Source: a virus. From it: a stretch of 64,000 bases of DNA. The stretch covers positions 128,618 through 192,617 of IMG/VR virus record IMGVR_UViG_3300048854_000232. One strand, given 5' to 3'. A program made the position numbers and the translations under genes. Below, piece by piece: positions 26,246 to 36,472 of this stretch; position 1 is the stretch's first letter; each line of letters begins with the position of its first letter. The notes under the pieces are model-generated. The model did not search any database and was not told the DNA's origin. It saw nothing but the letters and a program-made list of their open reading frames with translations.

Positions 26246-29154
26246 TACTGGAGGTGTTGCAAGAACGTGATGCTTACTGAGTCCTCGATTCCGATCGTGC
26301 CGTCGGCCAGAGCCACGGCAATCTTGCGAATCGACAGACGCTGCGAGTCGTCCTTCATGGTCACGGCTGCCTGCGGTGTGTCGCCACCCAGGCCCGTTAC
26401 CTCGAAGCCAACGACATCACTGCTGACCACCGCACCCAAGGCCTGGGTAATGGCATTCGTAGTGACCGTCGCATTCTGCAGCTGGTCGTTGATCGCACTG
26501 ATCGCCGAGTCCGTGAGCTTGGCGCGTAGGTCCGCATCGCGATAAGCCGTCCCCGAGAGGTAGTAGGTCACCGAGAAGCTTTGCTGCGCCGACATCGTGG
26601 TTTCCGAATCCTCACCCACCAGGACATTGACCGTACCCAGCGTCTCCTTCGGGAAGAAGTACAGACTCGTCTGCTCCAGGAGGAACTGCGAGACGTTGGC
26701 GATGTCATCGACCAACCACCCAGCCACTTGCACGGGCAGAGCCAGCTTGTAGGCCAGAGCCTGCGACTCGGTAGCGAACCAGTACACGCCATCCAGCATG
26801 AACAGGTCGACCTGACGCTGCATCTGCCGGGAGGAGACCACGATCGGGTTACCTTCCGCATCGGTGACCACATCACCCTTCCGGTACTTGAAGGTTGGCT
26901 GACCGTTGGTGTCCAGGACCGGATCCCCGGCGCGATGCAAGTAGGTGAAGGCAATCCCACCGTGACCATCGTCCGTGACAATCGGCAGACCCGACTGCGG
27001 ATCACGGGCAATGACATCGACCGTGTACAGGTTGGGCACGTCTGCGGTGTAGCGCTGGTAGTCGATCGAGGAGGCCACCGAACGCGAGGCCGTCCACAGC
27101 CCTTCGAGCGAATCGCCCAAGTGCAGCTTCAGGGTCTCACGGGCCACGCCGACCGCATCTTCCGGCAGGAGCACCTTACCCATGTCCACGTCGATCTGCG
27201 AGGACTGCAGACCCACCGTGCTACCGATGCCCGTAGCAACGTACATGACGTCGAAGTTGGACAGCAGAGCGGTGGCGTGTGGACGGGTGGGATCGGTGTA
27301 CATCTGGAACGAGGTCAGGACGATGTTATCCAGTTCGTCGATGTCGTAGTTGGTGTCCAGGGTGAACTGGTAGACCCGCTCACCGGCCTGGGTGTGGCCA
27401 ATCAGCGTACCGTTCTGGTAAGCGCGGTCCTGTTCATTGACCGGCACGAACGAAAGCTGGCAGTACACCGCCGAATCCGCTAGCGCCTTCCAGGCATCGG
27501 AGGACTTGGTCGTCAGGATCAACGTGTAACCGGTGAGGGTACGAGCGATCACGTAGGAGTCGGTACCGACCTCCAGGCCCGTGGTGTCGTTCTCATCGAC
27601 GAAGACCTTCGAATCGATCGAGGGGTTGTCCAGGAAGTACGCACGCAGGTCGAAGGTGTCGTTGTTCATGTCCAGCACGTAGTGATACGGCGAGAACATG
27701 TAACTGGCCTGGTTGATCGTGCGCGCCCGGGCATCCACTGCCATGGCCATCAGGTTGGTGATGACCTGATCACTCACCGGGGTGGTGACGCCGTTGATGT
27801 TCTGGTAGAGCATCGCCGGCAGCAGGGTGATCCGGTTGCCGTTGTCCCGTACCTGGTTGTAGGTGGCCAGTTCGGTCATCGACGCCTGGAGGGTTTCGAT
27901 CGAGCAGGCCGCACCGGCAATGGACGAGCCATCGGTCGGCGCCGGTAGCTGACGGGTCGCCAGGAACTGACGGTTGGTGATGTTATCCACATCGGCCACC
28001 GCAGCGTAGCCCAGGTCCGCCAGACGCGTGGTCAGCTGGACGTTGGTGATCGGCACCGACGGGGCGCCCATCGCGTTGGTCATGACCTGCTCACGCAGGG
28101 CATCGAAGGTCACGCCCAGGGAACCACCGGAGACCACGAAGTCGGAGTAGACCAGGGATTCCTGGAACGCCGTCAGCGGAGCCACGTAAGCGCTGGAGGC
28201 CGTCCCATCCAGGTCGATCCACTTGGCGCTGAAGTTATCGATGATGTAGTTGGACAGGATCATGTCCAACGGGCCCTTGGTCGTGTAGATGTCGATACGC
28301 AGTTCGCTGTTGACCAGCTGGTTGGTCAGGTAGGTCTGAGGGACCGACACATTCAGCTGACCGTCCAGGACCTTCAGTACCGCCGTGGGCTTGGTCGCAT
28401 CGAAGACCTGCTCGGTGTGCGTGGTCAGCATCTCGATCCACGAACCATCCGCCGCCGCGTAGTAGACCCGGGCGTAGTAGAAGCTGTCCGTGAAGTCGTA
28501 GGTCTTGTTGAAGACCGAGGCCAGGTTCAGCGTACCGTAGTTGGACTTGATCGCGAACTGACCCACCGGGATCTGGATGGCGACGAAATCGCTGCCGCCC
28601 ACGTTGCGGATCTCCCAGTCCACGATGTTGGTCTGCAGGGTCTGCAACGGCGAGAGCTTGCTCGTGTCGTAGACGATCTGCAAGCCGCCGTGGGCCATGA
28701 CCTTAACGTCGATCGGGTACTGCATGGTGAAGGAGACGCCCGCCACCGTGAACTCGGTGTTGCGCGGGATGGTGACCTTGGCAATCTCGCCCACGCCGGT
28801 GGGCACCACGCGCCGGTACAGCTCGGCCTTGTTCAGCCAGATCCAGAACGAGGTCCGGGCCGGGGTGGCGAAGATGTTGAGATAATCGGTGTCGGACATG
28901 TGCCGGTACAGATCATCGTAGTTCAGCGCCATCGACGCGTACTGCTTGCGCGTGTTCACCTCGTTCTGGACCATGGCCGAGGAGGTCATCACCGCTGCCG
29001 CATCCAGAAGGAAGACGAACGGGTTGGACGGATCCACGACCTGGTAGGCGCCGCTGGAGATTGCGTCAAGCTTTTGGTAGATCGCCCGCTGGATAGCCGT
29101 AGGGTTGGCCCGCACGCGGTTGATGATGGTCTGCAGATCAGTCACATCAGACAT
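26245..29154 (-). CDS. Large virion structural protein (phiKZ gp87-like, probable baseplate)
   Basis: 969 aa, beta-rich and Thr/Asp-rich, with DPSNPFVFLL..YDDLYRHMSD N-terminus. Syntenic, divergent from the inner-body genes. Confidence 0.65.
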   Translation of the reverse strand: MSDVTDLQTIINRVRANPTAIQRAIYQKLDAISSGAYQVVDPSNPFVFLLDAAAVMTSSAMVQNEVNTRKQYASMALNYDDLYRHMSDTDYLNIFATPARTSFWIWLNKAELYRRVVPTGVGEIAKVTIPRNTEFTVAGVSFTMQYPIDVKVMAHGGLQIVYDTSKLSPLQTLQTNIVDWEIRNVGGSDFVAIQIPVGQFAIKSNYGTLNLASVFNKTYDFTDSFYYARVYYAAADGSWIEMLTTHTEQVFDATKPTAVLKVLDGQLNVSVPQTYLTNQLVNSELRIDIYTTKGPLDMILSNYIIDNFSAKWIDLDGTASSAYVAPLTAFQESLVYSDFVVSGGSLGVTFDALREQVMTNAMGAPSVPITNVQLTTRLADLGYAAVADVDNITNRQFLATRQLPAPTDGSSIAGAACSIETLQASMTELATYNQVRDNGNRITLLPAMLYQNINGVTTPVSDQVITNLMAMAVDARARTINQASYMFSPYHYVLDMNNDTFDLRAYFLDNPSIDSKVFVDENDTTGLEVGTDSYVIARTLTGYTLILTTKSSDAWKALADSAVYCQLSFVPVNEQDRAYQNGTLIGHTQAGERVYQFTLDTNYDIDELDNIVLTSFQMYTDPTRPHATALLSNFDVMYVATGIGSTVGLQSSQIDVDMGKVLLPEDAVGVARETLKLHLGDSLEGLWTASRSVASSIDYQRYTADVPNLYTVDVIARDPQSGLPIVTDDGHGGIAFTYLHRAGDPVLDTNGQPTFKYRKGDVVTDAEGNPIVVSSRQMQRQVDLFMLDGVYWFATESQALAYKLALPVQVAGWLVDDIANVSQFLLEQTSLYFFPKETLGTVNVLVGEDSETTMSAQQSFSVTYYLSGTAYRDADLRAKLTDSAISAINDQLQNATVTTNAITQALGAVVSSDVVGFEVTGLGGDTPQAAVTMKDDSQRLSIRKIAVALADGTIGIEDSVSITFLQHLQ

Positions 29155-29163
29155 AGGAAGTCC

Positions 29164-30222
29164 TTACGGGGTCGAGGTAGTCGCAGCGGCTTTGAGCGCT
29201 GAGGTAATCGCGTTGTAATCGTCCGGTTTCACCCACCACTGGAGCTCGTTCTGGTTCTTCGGATCGATATACGGATACCCGTAGTAGTTGAAGGTGGCCA
29301 GTTCGGTTTGGCTCAGCTTCACATACCCCGAGGCGGCTCGCCGCGCGTTACTCATGTTGGGGTTGAACAGGCCCACGATATCGTTGAACTCACGGATCAG
29401 GATCGAGTCCTGGTATTCCGCACCGACACAGTGGAAAGGAATCTGGATCTGCTGGGCGTTGTCCTGGTTGAACGGGGTGTCCGAGGAGAAGTTCATGGCC
29501 GCACCCAACGAGGAGGAGGTCGGGAAGGCAATGGTGGAGGCAATCTTCTGCACGTACTGACGGGACGGGTCCAACACCAGCCGGTAGATCCGGGTGTTGT
29601 AGTCGATCTCGTTCTCCAGGATGCTCTGCGGGTAGGGCATCATCGTGCCTTCGTACACCCGCGCAGCATACCGGATCCAGGAGTTGAACAGCAATGTTAT
29701 AGGGTCGCCTGCCGTGTTACGGAAGCTGGCCTGGAGATCAAAACTGCCGTAGTTCTTGGCCACGTCGTCGATCATGCTCCACGTTTCTTTATACGTGCCA
29801 GCCTTGGAATCGAAGTACCCCACGACGGGGTCAGGCCAACCGTTGAGCGAAAGCAGGCGGTTGGTCAGGATCGCAATGAAGGGACTGTTCGTGTCCACGA
29901 TAGGGGAGGTGATCCCACTTTCAAACGCACCCTGCGGGTCCAGCATCGCTCGGACGGCGCGCTGAAAGGTGGGGCGTTCTGCATTCTCGTTGACCACGGC
30001 CAGATTGAACAGCACCCGGTCCATCATGAGGTTATCATGTGCCAGGTTGAGGTTCGGTCGGGTAAAGAAGGTCAGGCCGGTTGCGTCCGTATTGTACGAA
30101 CTTGCGTTACCAGCACCGCCTCGGTGATTGATTCCAAAGGTAGCGTCCGCGGTAGCCTCAGAAAGGCTGCCGTAGCCACTTTGCCGTGTTAGCAAATCAA
30201 TTTCGTCTTTTAGGGACGCCAT
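29164..30222 (-). CDS. Virion structural protein (phiKZ gp88-like, possibly tube-like)
   Basis: 352 aa, with GLTFFTRPNLNL and ENEIDYNTRIYRLVLD motifs recalled from phiKZ-like structural proteins. Synteny. Confidence 0.6.
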   Translation of the reverse strand: MASLKDEIDLLTRQSGYGSLSEATADATFGINHRGGAGNASSYNTDATGLTFFTRPNLNLAHDNLMMDRVLFNLAVVNENAERPTFQRAVRAMLDPQGAFESGITSPIVDTNSPFIAILTNRLLSLNGWPDPVVGYFDSKAGTYKETWSMIDDVAKNYGSFDLQASFRNTAGDPITLLFNSWIRYAARVYEGTMMPYPQSILENEIDYNTRIYRLVLDPSRQYVQKIASTIAFPTSSSLGAAMNFSSDTPFNQDNAQQIQIPFHCVGAEYQDSILIREFNDIVGLFNPNMSNARRAASGYVKLSQTELATFNYYGYPYIDPKNQNELQWWVKPDDYNAITSALKAAATTSTP

Positions 30223-30253
30223 ACAAAACTTCTCCGCCTAGGGAAACAAGAAA

Positions 30254-31612
30254 ATGAGTCTGACAGTCGTAGCCGCCGGGGCCGCGAGCGCGCTCGCAGT
30301 GGCCAAACCTGCACTGCAGTTTGTGATGTCCCTCGCAAGCCGCGTGTTCCGCAATACCAAAGCCGATTCGCTGATTCGGTTCACCAAAGCCACCCGCGTC
30401 GAACCGATCGTCATGATCGATCAGCGCATTGCGCACCTGCCGTACACGCATGACGTGATGCAGGCGCTGTCCTCGATCTTTATCGGCTATTACCTGCAGG
30501 CCATCGCGCTGGCTGTGAACGTCGGCAAGATCAATGTGATCAAGCTGCTGGACACCCTCAACCCCACCCGTGACGTCGTCGACGCGGCGGCAGCCAAGAT
30601 CGTCGACGTGATCAACACGCCGTCGATGAATTCGTTCGAGTCTTATGAGCACTCCCTGCCCCGTCCGGGCCAGGTGATCAGCCTGGAAGCCCAGGTCTTC
30701 AATCCGAAGCCGCAGCAGCACGACAATGCGTTCGGTCCGAAGCCTGCGACCAAGGCCGACATCGGCAAGGTCATGGCTCAGGGCGGCAACGTCGGTGCCA
30801 CGCTCGGTAACTCGGTCAAGCACGGTCAGCTGGGTAGCCAGATCAATTCGAACATGGGCGGCGGCCTCGACCAGAGCAAGCTGATCCACCTGAATCCGGA
30901 TGTCTCGGAGATCAACCAGGGCGTGTCGCAGAAGAACGACCTGTTCGCCAAGGACACGATCAAGTCGCTGGGCGAGGCGGTCAACCTCTCGGTCGGCAAG
31001 CTGATCGAAGTCAACGTGTCCGAAGGTGACCACTCCGCGACGTTCCCGATCTCGGTCCGACTGATCGCCACGATCGTCGGCTCCAATATCCTGGCTCATA
31101 TTCTTGGCGACGGCTCACGTGACACCAGCGCGAAGGAGCGTTATCACTCCTGGCGTGCGGGTCAGCTGGAGTTCTGGCGCGACCTGGTCCTGTGTCAGGA
31201 TCTGATCGACGAGCACAAGAAGACGCTGGCCCTGGACACCACCGGTACCTACGATGCGATCCTGAAGCGCCGCAGTGGCAACATGGCAGCGGCGACCCTC
31301 ACGGGCGCTCCGTCGGTGGCTACCGCTTCGAACCTGCTGGTCCTGTCCAAGCAGACCGCCCGGGAACTCGAGCTGTCGATTCGCGGCAAGCTGTCGGACT
31401 ACCACACCCGTGAAAAGGTGCTGAAGTCCACGTACATCATGCTGATGGTGGTGATCGATGCCGAGTGGGAACAGGTGACGATCTATCACCGTGGCATTTC
31501 TCTGCCGACCCAGCTGTCGATCAAGGAAATGAAAACCGCGAACAAGGGCACCGGTCCGGACGTGGGTGAAATCCTGAAGGCGTACCAATTGGGCATGAAC
31601 CCGACCATCTAA
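30254..31612 (+). CDS. Inner-body/head protein (phiKZ gp89-like)
   Basis: TRVEPIVMID, YYLQAIAL, VGKLIEV, FWRDLVLCQDLI. Internal SFE/SLE sites. Synteny. Confidence 0.65.
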   Translation: MSLTVVAAGAASALAVAKPALQFVMSLASRVFRNTKADSLIRFTKATRVEPIVMIDQRIAHLPYTHDVMQALSSIFIGYYLQAIALAVNVGKINVIKLLDTLNPTRDVVDAAAAKIVDVINTPSMNSFESYEHSLPRPGQVISLEAQVFNPKPQQHDNAFGPKPATKADIGKVMAQGGNVGATLGNSVKHGQLGSQINSNMGGGLDQSKLIHLNPDVSEINQGVSQKNDLFAKDTIKSLGEAVNLSVGKLIEVNVSEGDHSATFPISVRLIATIVGSNILAHILGDGSRDTSAKERYHSWRAGQLEFWRDLVLCQDLIDEHKKTLALDTTGTYDAILKRRSGNMAAATLTGAPSVATASNLLVLSKQTARELELSIRGKLSDYHTREKVLKSTYIMLMVVIDAEWEQVTIYHRGISLPTQLSIKEMKTANKGTGPDVGEILKAYQLGMNPTI

Positions 31613-31658
31613 GGTCGGGTCTCTCAACAGAATCTCACTACTACCGGACTGAACGACA

Positions 31659-32558
31659 ATGAAAATCCTGCAATACTTCATGTCGCTGCTCCCGTTCTTC
31701 GAGCGCAGCCGCATCTCCGAAGACGTCGACCAGCTGCGAAGCGAACTCCACGACACCCTCCTGCCCGAGTACAAGAAGGCTGCCGCCCTGATGGCTGGTA
31801 AGCAGTTCGTGTCGGCTCCGGCACGTCTGTTCAACGATCTGTTCGCCATGGAACTGCCCGCCTACAAGCGGTTCGGCTTCATCGGTGGCCTGGGCAAGTT
31901 CTTCGAAACCCTGCCGAGCAAGCTCGACGTCATCCAGAGCCTGGTCGATACGGGCTTTGCCAAGGACGTGACCAAGGATGCGATGTCCTATCGTCAGGCC
32001 TCGGTCCTGCGTTACCTGGAACTGGCCCGGTTCGCGACCACTTACGCCAATCGCCTACTCATTCGTATGCTGGCTGCGGAATCGGCTACCGTCCTGAACA
32101 AGGCGGCCATGGTCGATAGCGATCTGTCGCCGGCTGAAGTGGAATGGTTCAAGGCCAACCAGGCTGCCTTCCTGCAGACCCTGAAAGTCTTGGACGTGCC
32201 CGCTGAGCAGCTCTCGGCCACCCTGCAATCGATTCCCGATGTGACCATCGTGCCGGAGAAAGCCTCCGTCGTGAAGTCCACCGTCGGCGAGCCGCAGATC
32301 GATCCGCTGCGTATGGGTCTGATCTCGGCCAACAAGAACATCATCTACCACTTCCGCTTGCACGTGGCGGAATGGCAGGTGCGCAAGTACAAGGTCAAGG
32401 AAGAAGAGAAGCGTCAGCTGGAGTACCGCATCCTGGAACTGAAGGAAGCCTATGCTGGCAAGCAGGATCCGAAGCTGCAGCAGGCGATCCAGTACTCGAC
32501 CGGTCGTCTCCAGAAGCTGACCTACGAACTTCACGAAGCACAGGCGGAGCTGGTCTAA
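31659..32558 (+). CDS. Inner-body/head protein (phiKZ gp90-like)
   Basis: 299 aa, helical, with a C-terminal coiled coil (DPKLQQAIQY). Synteny. Confidence 0.6.
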   Translation: MKILQYFMSLLPFFERSRISEDVDQLRSELHDTLLPEYKKAAALMAGKQFVSAPARLFNDLFAMELPAYKRFGFIGGLGKFFETLPSKLDVIQSLVDTGFAKDVTKDAMSYRQASVLRYLELARFATTYANRLLIRMLAAESATVLNKAAMVDSDLSPAEVEWFKANQAAFLQTLKVLDVPAEQLSATLQSIPDVTIVPEKASVVKSTVGEPQIDPLRMGLISANKNIIYHFRLHVAEWQVRKYKVKEEEKRQLEYRILELKEAYAGKQDPKLQQAIQYSTGRLQKLTYELHEAQAELV

Positions 32559-32578
32559 CCAGCTCCAAGGGATTGACG

Positions 32579-33082
32579 ATGAACAACAAGTTTACCGTCT
32601 ACCCTCGACTGTATACGAGCCGCTCCCCCGGGAGCGGCGTCGTGTCTTCGACGGGTGACGTCACGGTCGATACGCTCCATGGTTTCTTGACCTCTCGCAG
32701 CGTCAACACCTCGGCCTGGGACTTCAAGAAGCGCGTCCTGCTCAGCGCGGTGCGCCTGTTCGGCGACTTCAACCAATGGATCAAGGATCAGCGGAACAAC
32801 CCGCAGATCACCGGCTGGAACCTTGGGTTCCTGGCGGACACGCTGCAGTACATTCGTACGGGCGTGCGTGATGTATCGGTGCAAAACTGGGTAGACCTGC
32901 TGGCGGAATCCAACCAGCACTCGCCCCAGGCTAACCACCTGACCACGCCGACGTTGGCTCTGGCCGCATCGGAAACCACCATCATGCTCATCCAGCAGTG
33001 GTGTTCTCATCCGGGCGGTCTCGAAGACATGCTCGCGACCCTCCATGTTCTTTTCGGTTCGGCGCGCCAGAAACTGGCGTAA
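32579..33082 (+). CDS. Putative virion protein (phiKZ gp91-like position)
   Basis: ATG at 32579 (MNNKFTVYPR) with an AAGGG SD. Confidence 0.6.
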   Translation: MNNKFTVYPRLYTSRSPGSGVVSSTGDVTVDTLHGFLTSRSVNTSAWDFKKRVLLSAVRLFGDFNQWIKDQRNNPQITGWNLGFLADTLQYIRTGVRDVSVQNWVDLLAESNQHSPQANHLTTPTLALAASETTIMLIQQWCSHPGGLEDMLATLHVLFGSARQKLA

Positions 33083-33116
33083 CGGATCTATCCTTATTTT
33101 CAGTCAGGAGTTTTCC

Positions 33117-34940
33117 ATGTCCTCCAAGACCCGCCTTTCCCAGCTGTTCGCTGATGCCAACAAAAGCAGCGTCGGCCTGGAAGACGACACCCGTCCGGTC
33201 GAACCGGCCGTGGACGATACCACCGATGCCCCGCTCGACGACACGGCCGCTCCGGCAGTCGATACGACCGACACCCCTGTCGATGACACAGTTGCCCCGC
33301 CGGTGATCGATGCTCCGGCTTCGACCGACGAACCCGCGGCTCCGGAAGTCCCCGAAGTCCCGGCCGTGCCGGAAGTGCCCGCTGTGGACGATACCCCGGC
33401 TGCGCCGGCTGTCGACGACACGCCTGCCGCTCCGAGCGAAGAGCCCGCTGTTGTGGACGCCCCGATTCCGGACGCGCCCATCGACGAACCCGCCGCTCCC
33501 CTGACGGACGAGCCAGCCCTGCCTGCCACCGATCCCATCGACGCCCCGGCCTCGACGGACGAACCGCCGGCTGCCGACCCGATCGATGCTCCCGCCAGCA
33601 CCGACGAGCCGGTTGCTCCGATCGACGACGCTCCGCTGGCTCCGGCCTCGGACGACGACGCCTCGCCCTTCACCCCGATCAGCGTGCCGGACACGGACAC
33701 CGCCGAGGCCTCCCTGGTCGCCGTGCGTGACTCCGCTGCCGAAGTCGCCGAAGTCGATGCGGCCCACAGCCGTTTCCACGAGATCGCCGATGGCCTGGAA
33801 TCGATCGCGCAGTACGCCTACACCCAGCTCCAGGAAGGCGGCCTCACCCCGCAGTCCGCGGGCATCATGACGATCGCCGTCGAGAATCTCATCAAGCCCC
33901 TGGGCTGGGATAAGCCGGTCGTGCTGTCGGTGGAATCCTTCGGTGGTCACTCGACCCGTATGGAAGCGACCACGCTTTCGTTCGAAGGCATCCAGGAAGT
34001 CGCCAAGCAGGTGCTGGACGCGATCATCGCGGTCGGCAAGAAGCTGTGGGAAACGGTCAAGTCCTTCATCGAGCGCGTGTTCGCCACCGCTTCGAAGGTC
34101 GAAGCTCGTGCCGACGCTCTCATCGAGAAGGCCAAGTCCGCCTCGGGCACGCCCAAGGCTTCCGAGATCGAAGTCGGCCCCGTGGCCGGGAAGCTCTCGA
34201 TCGCTGGTAAGGTCGTGGGCCCGGTCGAAGGTCTGACCGACCTGACCCGCCTCACCGACGGCTTCCTCGCCTTCGACGACGCCAACTACGCCAAGCTGAT
34301 GGAGTTCATCAGTAAGGTCCAGGCTCTGATGGGTGCTGACGACGCCAGCTTCGCTGATGCGTTGAAGGCTGTCCAGGACATGGAAACGGGCGTCAGCAGC
34401 GCGTACAGCGTCAAGGACGAATCCAATAACACTTACTCCACCCCGGTCCTGCCGGGCGGTAAGACGTTCTGGGTTTCGGTCGGCCCGTCGCTGGCCTTCA
34501 TGGCAGGCGAGCACAGTTCCGAGCAGTCGGTTCCCGAAGACGCCAAGCTGCCGACGCTTTCGCCGGCAGACATCGCCAAGGTTGGCGAGATGGCCAAGCA
34601 GGTCGCTACCGTTGCGGTGATCTTCCACAACGAAGCGAAGTCGATGAAGGAAAAGCAGCCGTTCGAGGGTCTCGAAGGTTTCCGCAACTTGAATGAAGGT
34701 AAGCTCAACGAGGAAAACTCGAAGCAGGCCGTCGAGCAGCTGCGTAGCCTGGCCAAGACCGCGACCGAAACGCGCAAGTACTCGGCCCGCCTCCTGGGCT
34801 ACGTGATCTCCACCGTGACCTCCTACCTCTCGCTCGCCGAGAAGTCGCTGGCTCAGTACGGTGCGGGCGCCACGGCTCCGGCTGAAGAGCCGGCCAAGGA
34901 AGACGACAAGCCGGCGGAGCCGGCTGCTGCCGCTGCGTAA
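33117..34940 (+). CDS. Internal head protein (phiKZ gp93-family-like) with a very long Pro/Asp/Ala propeptide
   Basis: AGGAG SD. GLE, GGLTPQSA..LSVESFGG..TTLSFEG propeptide signature, and LPGGK in the mature part. Confidence 0.75.
   Translation: MSSKTRLSQLFADANKSSVGLEDDTRPVEPAVDDTTDAPLDDTAAPAVDTTDTPVDDTVAPPVIDAPASTDEPAAPEVPEVPAVPEVPAVDDTPAAPAVDDTPAAPSEEPAVVDAPIPDAPIDEPAAPLTDEPALPATDPIDAPASTDEPPAADPIDAPASTDEPVAPIDDAPLAPASDDDASPFTPISVPDTDTAEASLVAVRDSAAEVAEVDAAHSRFHEIADGLESIAQYAYTQLQEGGLTPQSAGIMTIAVENLIKPLGWDKPVVLSVESFGGHSTRMEATTLSFEGIQEVAKQVLDAIIAVGKKLWETVKSFIERVFATASKVEARADALIEKAKSASGTPKASEIEVGPVAGKLSIAGKVVGPVEGLTDLTRLTDGFLAFDDANYAKLMEFISKVQALMGADDASFADALKAVQDMETGVSSAYSVKDESNNTYSTPVLPGGKTFWVSVGPSLAFMAGEHSSEQSVPEDAKLPTLSPADIAKVGEMAKQVATVAVIFHNEAKSMKEKQPFEGLEGFRNLNEGKLNEENSKQAVEQLRSLAKTATETRKYSARLLGYVISTVTSYLSLAEKSLAQYGAGATAPAEEPAKEDDKPAEPAAAAA
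33180..33700 (+). repeat. Degenerate coding repeats (PIDAPASTDEP, PAVDDTPAA, PEVP)
   Basis: IDAPASTDEP x3, AVDDT x3 and PEVP x3 are visible in the translation. Confidence 0.8.
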
Positions 34941-34946
34941 GTGGTT

Positions 34947-34992
34947 GCATAAGTAAGAGAGTCCTCCCTCCGGGGAGGACTCTCTTTATGCC
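34947..34992. terminator. GCATA-hairpin-TATGCC element
   Basis: AAGAGAGTCCTCCC-TCCG-GGGAGGACTCTCTT-TATGCC. Confidence 0.8.
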
Positions 34993-35006
34993 GCAAAGGG
35001 CGCGAT

Positions 35007-35015
35007 GATTCTATG
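35007..35015 (+). promoter_or_regulatory. Candidate late promoter (ATTCTATG)
   Basis: The same octamer precedes three consecutive head genes (35007, 36435, 37809). phiKZ late promoters have a TATG core. Confidence 0.5.
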
Positions 35016-35059
35016 TGTTAAGACCTTTTGTCGCTCTCGCCTGAATCAAAGGAAGACCC

Positions 35060-36391
35060 ATGTTCAACTCCCTGAATAGCCTGCTGCGTGTCAGCATGGA
35101 AGCCGCGGCTCCCGCAGCCTTGGCCAATACCGTTCCCGAGACCGATCTCATCGCTGAGAGCGACCAGGCCCAACTCAACCTGTGCGACGCCAAGGAAGCG
35201 GTAGTGGTGAGCCACCGTGATATGGAGCGTCTCTTCGAAGCAGTCGACTCGCTCGAAGCCATCGCCCAGAGCATGGAAGCCTACACTGCCACTGGCATGA
35301 ATCAGTCCACCGCGTTCATTGCCCAGCTGGCCATCGACCAAGCCGTGGCACCCACGGGTGTTTGCTACAAAGGCGTTTCCTTGGAAGGCTTTGTCGGTCA
35401 CCGCGCAGGCCATTCCACGCGTCTGGCCATGGAAGACCTCCACGAAACTGGCAAGGCGGTTATGGAGAAGTTGATCGAGGCCTACCGGCAGTTCCGGGCT
35501 GCTCTGGTTCGCTTCTTTCAGCAACTCCAACTGCACGTTAAGCTCAGTAAACAGCAGATTCAGAAGTTCTTGGCGGAACTGCAGTCCGCAGGTGAGGAGA
35601 AACGCCAGGAGGCCGTGAACGCCAGGATCGAAAACGGAAAGCTTTTCCGGCGACTCGCAATCGATGATGAGGTCCCCCACAGTCTCGCCCAGCTCGCTGA
35701 CGATAACCTGAAACTGGCCCAGCAATACCTCTCGACCACCGGCTACGGTAAAGACGCGTTGGAGTTCGCCGACGAGATCTCCAATTTCGCCGCTCGTGCG
35801 GCTCAGCGTCAGGGCGAATTCGAGCAGATCGTCACGGAAGCCTTCAAGCTGCGCTGCCCGATGCCGGCTGGGCTGACCGAGTACAACAGCTCGAATGGAA
35901 TCAAACATTATCGGTCACCGCTGTTGCCCGGGAACCACCGGATCGAATTCACCCAGGGCGAAGCATCTGACATGGGTGGCGAAGAGGGCGCCCGTGCGCA
36001 TTTGGGGGCGCTGTATCGAACGGGTCTTCAGTTCACCGCCGGACATCAGTCCATGGAGAAAGGATATCTCCCGCGCGCCACTCGCGCCGATCAGATCGGA
36101 ATCTGCGCTGCGAATCTGAAAGCTCTCGAGTTTGTGGAAGGCTTCCTTCAGGCCCATGGCGGGCACGAGATCAAGCACAGTGCCCTGATCAACTCCGCCC
36201 TGATCAATCATTCGGCGGTGGACACGGCCGACGGTAAGGGTAAGTACACCCTCTTCCGCCATGCCATCGACCGCGACATCGAAACCCATCGCGCTGTCAT
36301 GGGGATCTGCAACCACATTGCGGACGTCAGTCGCGCGCTGCAGAGTTACGCGCTGCAGAGTTACGGTGAGCGGTCGGCTCAGTCCGCATAA
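35060..36391 (+). CDS. Internal head protein paralogue
   Basis: VSMEA, SLEA, VSLEGF..STRLAMED propeptide, and SPLLPGNH. Confidence 0.72.
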   Translation: MFNSLNSLLRVSMEAAAPAALANTVPETDLIAESDQAQLNLCDAKEAVVVSHRDMERLFEAVDSLEAIAQSMEAYTATGMNQSTAFIAQLAIDQAVAPTGVCYKGVSLEGFVGHRAGHSTRLAMEDLHETGKAVMEKLIEAYRQFRAALVRFFQQLQLHVKLSKQQIQKFLAELQSAGEEKRQEAVNARIENGKLFRRLAIDDEVPHSLAQLADDNLKLAQQYLSTTGYGKDALEFADEISNFAARAAQRQGEFEQIVTEAFKLRCPMPAGLTEYNSSNGIKHYRSPLLPGNHRIEFTQGEASDMGGEEGARAHLGALYRTGLQFTAGHQSMEKGYLPRATRADQIGICAANLKALEFVEGFLQAHGGHEIKHSALINSALINHSAVDTADGKGKYTLFRHAIDRDIETHRAVMGICNHIADVSRALQSYALQSYGERSAQSA

Positions 36392-36427
36392 ACCCCAGGA
36401 CTCCCTTCGGGGAGTCCTGTTATGCCC
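36386..36427. terminator. GCATA-hairpin-TATGCC element
   Basis: CAGGACTCCC-TTCG-GGGAGTCCTG-TTATGCC. Confidence 0.8.
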
Positions 36428-36472
36428 TAAGGCTGATTCTATGACATTTCAAGACATAAGTAGAGAACCCTC

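Noticed and set aside
33180-33700. Repeats that might be a CRISPR array or non-coding tandem repeat
   Set aside because: They are degenerate at synonymous positions and in frame within a CDS, with no constant repeat-spacer period.
36337-36366. Direct repeat GCGCTGCAGAGTTACG x2 at the end of the 35060 gene
   Set aside because: A short in-frame duplication (ALQSY ALQSY) with no sign of a mobile element.
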